Part shown: positions 23,257 to 33,084 of the stretch, in pieces
How the letters are laid out: each line of letters begins with the position of its first letter
How positions within the stretch are numbered: position 1 is the first letter of the stretch
Assembly (NCBI RefSeq): GCF_018977255.1
Contig: NW_024705564.1
Span: 1 to 34,354, forward strand
Direction of reading: 5' to 3'
Length of the DNA stretch: 34,354 bases
Origin: Callorhinchus milii
Taxonomy: Eukaryota
Translations under genes and position numbers: made by a program
The notes under the pieces: model-generated
Database searches by the model: none
What the model was told of the DNA's origin: nothing
Seen by the model: only the letters and a program-made list of their open reading frames with translations

Positions 23257-23439
23257 AGACAGAGTTGTGGTGAAATCCTCCTCCTGTCTCGGTCTTAAAT
23301 AGACGGGGGATAAATGTGATGTCGTCACTTGTAAGCATATCGTATACAAAGACTAAAGGGGCGGGGGGGGTTATGTTTCCATGTAAATTACAATGGATAT
23401 CTGTTATTGGTTGGGTTGTTCACAGTTAATCAACAGACA

Positions 23440-23660
23440 ATGGCACACGAGCAGTCCATGCGGTCCGCACCACGCCCGGCCGCCTTCGTCTCGCCAGTGT
23501 TGACGTTTACACAACTCTACTCGGTTAAGGCTGAGTCGACCTAGAGGGAGGCTCGGGACAGGTTCAGATATTCGCCGCTACTGCTTTTGGCCGTGAGCGT
23601 GAATGAACTTGGCTGGCTGAGCACAACGTAGCTACGGTAGCAAGTTGCCACGGGGTTCTA
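23440..23660 (-). mobile_element. SINE family A, diverged copy
   Basis: Central domain aaggctgagtcgacctag plus a decayed head. Confidence 0.7.
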
Positions 23661-23932
23661 CAGCAAAGTGGCAGAGCCCCCCTCTACACCGCTCCCATCC
23701 CCCGCGCGGCCCTCACGGCCCCTCCACCTCACCGCGTGCGACTCGCACACACACACAGGGTCTACTACTGGCCCCTACGTGTTTACAGCATGTTAAACAC
23801 TTCTTTCACGCCGTACATAGTGGACACTGTGTGTGTGTGTGCTGCGAGCTGAGTGGTGGAGGTACCTGGCAACAGTTGAACCGAGCCCACTCGGCCTCTT
23901 CATCCGTGGCGACCAGAGTACAGTCGTAACTA

Positions 23933-24177
23933 TATTCTTGGTTCTTTCAGGTAAAGTCACGTAGATAGAAAATAACAATGAAATAAAATAAATTAAAATA
24001 AAAGCAAAAAACCCGCGACGTTTCGATCGCAACACGTGATGAAGACCGCTTGTGTTGCGATCGAAACGTCGTGGGTTTTTGCTTTAATTAAAAATGTTAT
24101 TTTCTATCTACGTGACTTTACCGAAAGAACAAAAGATATGAATTCCTGCAAGTCACGAAAGTTTAAAGTCAAAATTG
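23933..24177. mobile_element. Head-to-head inverted Penelope pLTR pair with TSD of about 13 bp
   Basis: Minus arm 23933-24035 and plus arm 24036-24177; acagtcgtaacta (23920-23932) versus acagtcgcaacga (24178-24190). The HHR core is broken at the junction. Confidence 0.75.
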
Positions 24178-24549
24178 ACAGTCGCAACGACTCAGGCCTG
24201 GAGGATGCAGTGGACCACGTGGGCTTCAGGTTTGTCACCTTAGCAACCAGTGACGTCACTTCCCTAGCAACGGTCGACCACTACGGACTCTTCTTCGTGG
24301 GAGCTGGACGCGCTCTCCGTGTGCTTGAAGATCGCATTCGGGAGCACTCTTCGCCCACGTCGTCAATAAACATCGTTAACGCGGTTAAATTACTTGGTAA
24401 ACCTGACAAACATCAGTGAGGTTGAACGCTTCATTAACATAGTTGCCAAATCTATTGACAAACGTGACCATCCGTGATTTCTCTTTCGGCCTTCAAGGCG
24501 ACATCTTCCGTGAGTACATCCACACGCGGCGCTGTATCGACGATACAAT

Positions 24550-25068
24550 TAAAGTATAAATAAGGGATGGAGGGAATATGATATAATATATGACGCAAGT
24601 GAGCTGTGACTTCACTGCGTAAATATATCAGTCTGTGACGTCACCTCTGTGACGTCACACTCACTTGCCGTGCAATATTCACATCTGTGACGTCACAGAT
24701 GTGACGTCAAAGACATACATCTGTGACGTCACCCGCATCCAGCAGCGTTACGCAGTGTGCCTGCTGACGTCACGCATCCCCCACCAACCCTCCGCGAGGC
24801 CGGGTATCCCGCACAAAAGCGCATGTGGCTAGCTTCCATACTGTACACAATGTAAAAAGTATAAAAATATACTTTTTTATTTGTGGGGGGAGGGGAACAA
24901 TGGATCTGACATTGCACAAGTGAGCGGTGACGTCACATCTGTGATGTTACCCGCATGCGGCAGCGTTACGCAGTGTGCCTGCTGACGTCGTCACGCATCC
25001 CCCCCCCACCCTCCGCATAGGCCGTGTATTAATCCAAGACAAGAATCCATGCCGGGTAGTAAAGCTAG
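24550..25068 (+). mobile_element. Non-autonomous Helitron-like element, internal subrepeats and 3' end
   Basis: Subrepeats of about 200 bp matching 6048-6235, many gtgacgtcac palindromes, ending gccgggtagtaaagCTAG|T. Confidence 0.6.
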
Positions 25069-25198
25069 TTTCTGATAAATTATGTTATCCTCAGGGAAGC
25101 CAATCGGCATCAATGGGAGGGCTACATCCAAGGAATTTCACCAGTGTGCTTTTTCGATTCACAAATTGTCTTTTTTGATCCACAAATCGTGACAGGAA

Positions 25199-25925
25199 TC
25201 ACTGCTGATTAAAAAAAATGCCTCTGCTTGATCAATGCTCGATCACATAGACACATGTAATGTGGTGCCATGGTGGCGAGATGTTAACTACCTCGCCTGG
25301 TGTACAGGAGGTTGTGGGTTCGAGCCCAACCCTGACGCCTGGCTGAGATCAATTTCCATGTGATAAGCCACTTTAATGAGCTATCATTTGTGGCCAGGAC
25401 ACGTCTGAAAAAGAGCTATGTCGTTCAGTGGGCCTTACCTGGTAAAATAAGAACAATTAATAGTTTTATTTATTTATTATCTAATTTGTCAACTGCTCGA
25501 TCACATAGACATATTCAAAATGTCACACCGTGATATTCAAATATTCAAATGTCATAGCTTGATCACTGCTCGAACAATAGCTTGATCACTGCTCGAACAA
25601 ATAGACACATGCTCGATAATGCTCAATCACTGCTCAATCAATGCTCAATCATATAGACACTTGTATTTGAAATGTCATAGCTCGATCACATAGACAGATG
25701 TATTCAAAATGTCATATCTGGATCACTGCTGAATCAATGATCAATCATTTCGAAGTACATATTAAAATGTCATAGCCTGATCACTGCTCGATCAAATATA
25801 CACACACTCAATCGCTGCTTAATCAATGCTCGATCTTATAGATGGATGTATTCAAAATATCATAGGTCAATCACTCCTTGAACACATAGATGTAATCCAA
25901 AATGACTTAGCTCGTTCACAACTGA
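25199..25925 (+). repeat. Degenerate minisatellite (gatcactgctcgatcacatagacacatgtattcaaaatgtcatagc-like), interrupted by a SINE; short copy at 26563-26670
   Basis: Recurrent atcactgctc, catagaca and ttcaaaatgtcata motifs. Confidence 0.8.
25264..25462 (+). mobile_element. tRNA-derived SINE family B with L2-type 3' tail
   Basis: A-box-like TGGCGAGATG, B box GGTTCGAGCCC (25317-25327), tail tcagtgggccttacctggtaaaataa. Confidence 0.75.
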
Positions 25926-27789
25926 CCCATATTTGGTGGACACTAAGTATACGGTAGGTGCCACAAGTTGTGAGTCATGGAGTTAGTTGGCAACATTTGA
26001 CCTGAGATCACTCAGCTTCATTATCTGTGGCATCTAGGTGCTGTGGGTACGCGGTCTCCCCAGTGGCTCCAACAAGTGGTGACTTCGGTTCTCCGTGGGG
26101 TTCGGGAGTTCTTGCCGTGCGGTTGAGCATCGCATCCGGGACAACACTTCATCAACATCGCCGCTTCATCAACATCGCCAAGAACTTTCGTTAACACAGT
26201 TAACTGACTTAGTAAACTTCGTTGACTAACATCAACGAGGTTGAACACGTCAGTAACATAGTTAACAAAGTTGTTGACAAACGCGAACATCCACGACATC
26301 TCTTGTACCGTCAAGGCGATATCTTCCGTGAGTACATTCGCCCCTCGCATTCGTCCAGATGCGTGCTGTAACAGGATAAATTTACCTGCGACAAAATATG
26401 ATACATTATGTTCATGCTTAGGGAAGCCAATCAGGTACAATGGGAGGGCTGACAGCCAAAAAAATCCACCATTGGACTTTTTTGTTCCACAAATCATCTT
26501 TTTTACGATACATAAATTGTCTTACAGGATCACTTTACCGATAAAAAAAATCACCTTTGCTTAATCACTGATTGATCACGTACACACATTTATTAAAAAT
26601 GTCACATAGCTCTCTCAGTCCTCAAACAATTAGATAATATGTATTCAAAATGTCATAGCTCGACACAACTGATCCGTACATGGTGGACATCATGTGTGTG
26701 TGCCCAAATTGTGAGTTGTGGAGTCAGTTAGCAACATTTGACCCGAGCTCACTCGGCTTCATCATCTGTGGCGTCTAGGTGCTGTGGGTACGCGGTCTCC
26801 CCAGTGGCTCCAACAAGTGGGACTTCGGTTCTCCGTGGGGTTCGGGAGTTCTTGCCGTGCGGTTGAGCATCGCATCCGGGACTACACTTCATCAACATCG
26901 CCGCTTCATCAACATCGCCAAGAACTATTGTTAACACAGTTAACTGACTTAGTAAACTTCGTTGACTAACATCAGCGAGGTTGAACACGTCAGTAACATC
27001 GTTAACAAAGTCGTTGACAAAGTGAACATCCACGACATCTCTTTGTACCGTCAAGACTATGTCTTCCGTGAGTACATTTGTCCCTTTTGCATTCGTCGAC
27101 ACACATGCACATATGTTACACACACCCCCGTGTCACCTTCACACAGACAAACAGACAGACGAATGTCACCCTAGATTCGTATGGGCGGCTGGGGAAAGCG
27201 TTGTTCGTGCGCTTCTATTAAGACTGAGGCAGCAAACAAGTGATCCTTTTGGTCCGCACCATGCTGCCTTTCCCTCCCCAGTGTTGATGTTTATACACTG
27301 CACTGGGTCATCAGTGAAAGCTTAGTCGACCTTTCCCTATTTCCTCACCCCCGCGTGGCCCCCTACAGAACCCCCCCCGCCTGAGCGGGATAGGGGTTGG
27401 GCACGGGAGGGGATGTGGGATCCACGTGGGGGGCAGAGGGCAAGTGGGGGGCGTCCCGTTGTGCTATTTTTCCGTAGACTTGCAATACTTTGCCGTAATT
27501 GGTCGAAGCGGTATCCACACGCGTGAAGTTAGATTTGGGGAGTGACACACGTGGGGAGGGACCCTGGGAGTGAGAAATAAGATTATGGTTACCATGGTGA
27601 TCGTTATGGTGGTGATGATGAAGACGGTAATGATGGTGGTGGTGGTTATAAGCTGTGATGTGATTAGAGTCTCACGTGCGCTGCTGTGATTTTGTTGCAG
27701 GGTGGAGAGAAGAGCAAGCCGAGGGGAAGTGAGTACTGAAATTCCACACACAGACATACACACAGACACATGCACCTGTATACAAATAC

Positions 27790-28030
27790 AGATCCCCGTA
27801 TAGCCTTAACAGACTATTGAGGCAAGTGCTGTTAGCGAGTTAGCACCTATGATGGGGTGGGTGGTCAGCACTGCACCCGGATGCCTTTGATGTTTATACG
27901 TTGCACAAGATACTATTTTAAGTCTGAGGAGATGTAGGGGAGGCACACGACTGGTTTGATTTATTAGTCACTGATGGTTGTGAATGGGAATCGAACTCAG
28001 GTCGATCCCACAGACACTACTGCTCCCAAC
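27790..28030 (-). mobile_element. SINE family A, diverged copy
   Basis: tatagccttaacagact...tatttta agtctgag...gggaatcgaactc (B box on the minus strand). Confidence 0.7.
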
Positions 28031-28069
28031 CACTCATACAGACACTGCACATAGACACAAACAAAGACA

Positions 28070-28272
28070 GAAATCTTGTGTATAGCCTTGAAACACTGTA
28101 GGAGCAAGTGTTGTTAGTGAGCACCTATGACGGCCGGCACCGCACACGAGGGTGGGTTGCCAGCACCACACTTGGCCGTCTTTGTCTCCCAAGTGGCGAT
28201 GTTTACACACCGCATCAGATACCTATTTGAGGCTGAGTGGACCTAGGGGAGGCCCCTAACCGGCTCAGATAA
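28070..28272 (-). mobile_element. SINE family A, headless copy abutting the RTE 3' end
   Basis: tatagccttg...ggccgtctttgtctccc...aggctgagtggacctagg. Confidence 0.75.
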
Positions 28273-28294
28273 CAACAACAGCCCTCATTCGCCA

Positions 28295-30035
28295 CTAAGT
28301 GACGGAGACGTCACCATGGCGCTTGTGCCAGGCCTGGTGCACTCCGAGGCCACTTGAAGTGTCGAAGGCTTGCCGACAGGAGATCAGGGGACAGACCCCA
28401 GTGCGATGGGTTGACTGACTGAGATGACTGGCCGACGCACCACCTTTGCATCCTATTGTGCCAACTTGCTGCGTTTTAGTCATCCAGTGCACCTCCTGTT
28501 GGTGTGAGCGTCGCTCTTCTGCCCTCCTTATTTGCTGGAGGGAAATTTTCACCAACTGCCCATGAGCATCCTTCACGAGCTTCCTCCATAGAGGCCGATC
28601 TTGACACCAGTGGTACCATAATTGACACCAGTGGTACCAGTCTTTGGCAAGTCCACTCAGCTCCGTATCCTCCTGTACTGCATCAGTCCATCTCTTCTCC
28701 AGGCCGTGCCACGCCCATTTAGCCCCTCTATCTGGAAAAACAGCAGCTGCTTGGGCATGTGGTGGCTGAGCATGCGGGCTACATGACCCAGGCAATGCAG
28801 CCCTACCCACCAGTGGAGCTCACTGATGGGAATGTGTCCATATCTTTCAAGGATTTGTGAGCTCTTCACACATTCCAGCCTAGTTAAACCCAGGGTGGAT
28901 CGTAGGCAGGCCAGTCTGAAAGTTTAAAGCTGGTTCAGAGTTTTCATTTATTTGATCATTGGCCAAGAAGACCCAGTGCTTGTGTCGAGTGACAGGCCAG
29001 GTAGATACCCCACAGTGTTACGAAGCTGATGAAAATATGCCACTTGACCGATTTGGAGTGAGACCTCTGCTTCCAAAGCGGAATTTTCGCATAAGCACAC
29101 TACCCAGGTACGTAAACTTCTCCTGTCTCTCTACAACTACCCCATCACTCATGAGTAGTTGAAGGGCGGAGTATTAAATTATACAAAATACTCATGGGGG
29201 TGCTTAGTTTTGGTAGGGCTGATGGTAAGGCCCCACCTCTTTGTCGCACGCTCCAGGCTTAGCAGCAGAACTACCAAATTATCAGTGTACATAACATGGT
29301 TGACCAGGAGGGAGCCATCCCTTGACCTCACCCAGGCATCAATCAGCCTCCCATTGTATCTGTACCAAATATAAAAAAAATCCACCGGTACAGCCATAAA
29401 AAGCTAGAACTATGTGGTCGAAGATGATGCTAAATAATGTGTCAGCCAGAGTAGATCCCTGTCGCACCCCACTGTAAACAGGGAATTGCTCTGACTCCCG
29501 GGCAAACAACTTTATCCGGGCCTGCCCACTATCATGAAGGTCCTTAATGATTGGGAGCAGAGGGTTTGGGACTCCGAAAGCACGAATAACAATAAAGAGC
29601 CCTGGCCTACTGATTGTATCATAGGCCTTGACCAGGTCAATAAAGCAGAGATGTAGGTCTCTTTGAAATTCATTACACCTCTGCTGTAGCACACGGAGAG
29701 AGAATATGGCATCCGTGCAGGATGCCCTCGGCCTGAAACCACATTAGGGGTCCGCAAGCCTCTCCTCAGTGTGCCTGGCAAGGGAATGTTGAATAATCCT
29801 TGCCAGGACCTTCCTAAATACACCGGGGTGGGAGATGCCTGATACTTGTTGCAATGTGTGCGGTCCTCGTTCTTAAAGAGTGGGACCACCAGGGAATCCT
29901 TCCAATCCTGTGGAACCCATCTTGTGGTCCAGACAGTTGTGATGAAGACATGTAGGGCATTCTGCACACAGGCGCCACCCTCCCGCAGCAGTTTGATTAG
30001 GAAATTACCTTTTCCCGGCGCTTTTCCTGGTCTCG
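28295..30035 (-). mobile_element. RTE-clade (BovB-like) LINE relic, 5'-truncated: RT domain plus C-terminal C2H2-like finger
   Basis: GKAPG..LLREGG, VPQDWKDSLVVPLFK, FIDLVKAYDTISR, GVRQGS, MYTDN (decayed YADD), GLTISPTKTK, FTYLGS, LGHVARM...PKQLLF and CPLISCRQAFDTSSGLGVHQAWH; many frameshifts. Confidence 0.9.
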
Positions 30036-30224
30036 GACAGATGGCACCTCAGCCAGCCACTCACGAAGGGAGGCTACTTATACCAATATTTGAGGCAACG
30101 CAGCCCCAGCAGGGTCGTCCCCACCTTGCCCCATAATGTTTTTCTCGTCTGCAGGTTTGCAAAGCAATTCTATAAGGTCTTGGGGTTCAGATAACACACA
30201 CAAACACACTGATACTGATATATA

Positions 30225-30706
30225 GGTATGCTAATGCCTCGACATTCACGAGGGTTAGATTCTTGAAAATTTGCGTGAAAGTAGATTTCGTGAATGCAGA
30301 TACTATGTTTATATGGGGGAAAAAGGAGGTTTCGGGTCCCGTGTCCGACTGAACATATTGGAGAGTAAAAAATATTAAAAACATTAATTCTGTACTGTAC
30401 ACTTAAATAACAACTAAATTGTAATTAAATTGTATAATAATACATGTAGATAACTAAAATGAAACAAGAAGAGAAAGTCAAAGTGTCCTCTCGGGGGTCG
30501 TCCACATTGGTGGAAGTGCTGCCACACTTTCCCTAATTGCCTTCGAATTTTTTCTTCATAAATCTGACTGTTGACTCGTTTACCATGTAATGGCGGCCAA
30601 CAGCAGATGCACAGTAACCACGAGCAAGTCTATAAAACAACTCATCTCTTTTTTCCACCTTTTCCTCTTGCCATCACTTCCTTTACCCACTTGAGGCTGA
30701 CTCCAT
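30225..30706 (-). mobile_element. pogo/Tigger DNA transposon relic (N-terminal HTH fragment at 30505-30706; possible terminal region near 30225-30310)
   Basis: EKRDELFYRLARGYCASAVGRHYMVNESTVRFMKK..AIRESVAA resembles the CENP-B/psq-type HTH of Tigger transposases. Confidence 0.6.
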
Positions 30707-30921
30707 TATCTAAATAAATAAAAAACACCACCATGAGACAAAAACAGGGGAGAGAGGCATGGGGAAACAAAGACGGGGAGTCAGACAAATATATATGGAG
30801 ATGTAGTTCTGGCAGGTATTTATAATTGATTGAAATATTGTATTTGTTTTGGTATGATTGCTTTGTTAACTACAATCACAGAAGCCAAGGTTATTGTCCA
30901 CATTCTTAGATATATAACATG

Positions 30922-31396
30922 TGTAATGTAGGATTCTGGAGACAGTAACTGTAGAGGCACCTTTATTTATATTACTCGTACTCACTAGACGACTCACTAA
31001 GCATATAATGTAACGCTGACCGTCAAGCTCGACGGCGCTAACTGACTGGATAGCTGGCTGACTATTCAGCAGTGGTGACATCGGGCGATGACAAGGACGG
31101 CAGCGATGACGGCGGCGGCGACGACGACTTCCACAGCGAGACGACCCTGATTCCCACGAACATCCCCGAGCTCCCTCTCTCGCCCCCTTTTATGCTTCCA
31201 GCGGGGCCTGGCCCTGCCTTGGCCACGGCCCCTTTCTCGACCCTTCTAGCAGGTTCTGGGAGCTCACAGATGGATCCCTTCCATGACCCTTAGCCCAGTT
31301 CTTATCCCTTCCATGACCCTTGCCCCAGTTCTTCCCCTTGGGTGAGAACACCCGCAATTGCTACTTCTGGCAGCCAGTCGGTACTGCAACACTACA
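30922..31396 (-). mobile_element. Solo LTR (475 bp), probably Gypsy-type
   Basis: TGTAATGT...ACACTACA inverted termini (7/8 match); CATG TSD at 30918-30921 and 31397-31400; AATAAA on the minus strand about 40 nt before the end. Confidence 0.8.
31274..31333 (+). repeat. 30-bp tandem duplication inside the solo LTR
   Basis: atcccttccatgaccctt(ag/gc)cccagttctt occurs twice. Confidence 0.9.
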
Positions 31397-33084
31397 CATG
31401 TAACGCATGGATTTGTTACACTGTTCAACCACACACACAGACACATTTTAATCAAAACAAGTCCCTTATTTGTCAAAAAAAATCAGAGTACCAGTCATCA
31501 AATATGCAACTGACACTTGGTCCAAAGAATACGTGATACTGTAATAGAAATACATGAATGGCTAAATTCAGAATTTAGGTTAATAAGGCATAACCCAGTG
31601 CATAATGACATAAAATACAAATAGTGCAATAAAGGAAATCAGCTTTCAGTCTGTATCAGACGGTCTCTGACGCTAGTGTTGAGAAGGTGACATGGCAGGC
31701 GTTTAGAAACCTGCTGTGCCGGTGAATGTAAAGTCGTCACACAGTGTCTTTCGAACAACACAACAGCCAGGTGCTTGGTGCAGCTGGTGACTTGCCAGGT
31801 GTGGTGGGGTATTGACGATGCGTAGAACGATGAAATTGTACTTCTTTCTCGAATGTCAGGTGTTGTCGGGCTTTGACGATGGGTAGCACGATTGTTTTCC
31901 TTCAGTATCCAACGTATAGAGGTGTCTTCACCATGATAATTATTAACAGGCTTGTTGGTTTACAGTAACTTTTTTAAGCTCATGTGATTCATGGCATGTG
32001 ACCTTGCAGCTCAGTTTTGAGCAATGCCTTTCCTTCTCCAAGACTTCTTCTGCAACACTCACTTTAAGTCTTCTTAATTTCACTTGCCATATGTATGGGC
32101 TCAATATAAATTGACAACTGCAAATGTTAAACTTTGCTTTAAAAATCTCCACTGTTTTTACCACTATACCTCTGAGTGGTTACTCAGCATTTCAGCCATT
32201 CTCGTGCATGGAATGACTTCTGTTGAGAGCAACCTCACATGCACGGGAGCACATGCTATCCAGCTAACATAAACATCGGGTTGCCCCTGGCTCTCTGGCC
32301 CCTCTGGGCACTCTCTGGGCTCCGGGCACCCCGGCCCTCCTCTTCTCCTCTCCTCCCTTTATCTTCTCCTTCTCTAACGTAGCCCACTAATATACTAATT
32401 GTATGAATGGACCAGTGTATAAGAATTAATAGTGTATTTATTATCCGATTCATGCTCTCTCTTGTGAAACAATGGACATCTTATAAATTTAGCCAGACTT
32501 CCACAGCTTGGTCATCAATCCATCTTACTTTTTCGGAGATAAGGGAAGTTTATTTATGTTTGGCCTGGAGTTTCAGACCTCGCAAACTTAATAGGGCCTC
32601 CCCAGCCAGCCCATAAATCTAATGAAGTACTTTGGAGGAGGAGGTGTCTCCGGCACATGAGTCAACCTCCAGACCTCCCTACAGTGGTATCATTGTTACA
32701 TCGGTCTCAAGTAAAGTTAGATTCCTGTCAATGGTACCAAGTTTCTTTACCAAAATAACATACAGGAAATGCGCATGTTTGTGTCCTCTGGTCTAACACC
32801 ATTTGAGACGAGGCTCAAAATAAAGCTGTCTCTGGTGTGGACCAATCAGTTTCAAGGACAATGCATATATTAGAGTATTTTTTTGTTTGCATTCTGACCA
32901 CAAGCATTGTGGTTAATGCAGACATGATTCCTTGTAAAAGGTATCAGTTTGGTGTTTTAATATCTTAACACCTGTTTTGTTTCCAGAAAAAAGGGCAAAA
33001 ACCTATTATAATACAGGAAATACTCAAACACCCATTAATTAATCATTTGTGGTGCTGCTCTCTTCTCCCCATGTGACTCCCCAG

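Larger units (their letters stand above)
18489..23561 (+). repeat. Composite duplicated unit, copy 3
   Basis: Starts gatcatgtaactgctgctgt (matches 4679); colinear with copies 1 and 2. Confidence 0.95.
23810..27080 (+). pseudogene. Three tandem copies of a decayed coding exon of about 100 codons (23917-24509 interrupted, 26038-26327, 26779-27067); product unknown
   Basis: AG acceptor and C|GTGAGT donor in all three copies; phase 1-1 in copies 1 and 3; conservative amino-acid changes between copies; frameshifts present. Confidence 0.5.

Noticed and set aside
1024..24177. CRISPR-like array of recurring palindromic motifs
   Set aside because: The copies are dispersed on both strands without regular spacers, there are no cas genes, and they are explained as Penelope pLTRs.
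5960..25068. One 19-kb Helitron (TC at 5960 to CTAG at 25068) that captured and amplified the whole array
   Set aside because: The 3' piece sits inside an older exon-module array whose flanks rejoin (compare 26360-26420). The duplicated unit also includes sequence from upstream of 5960. Two separate fragments are the simpler explanation.
32221..32471. Second solo LTR (TGTT...AACA)
   Set aside because: The flanks (cttc / atgg) give no target-site duplication.
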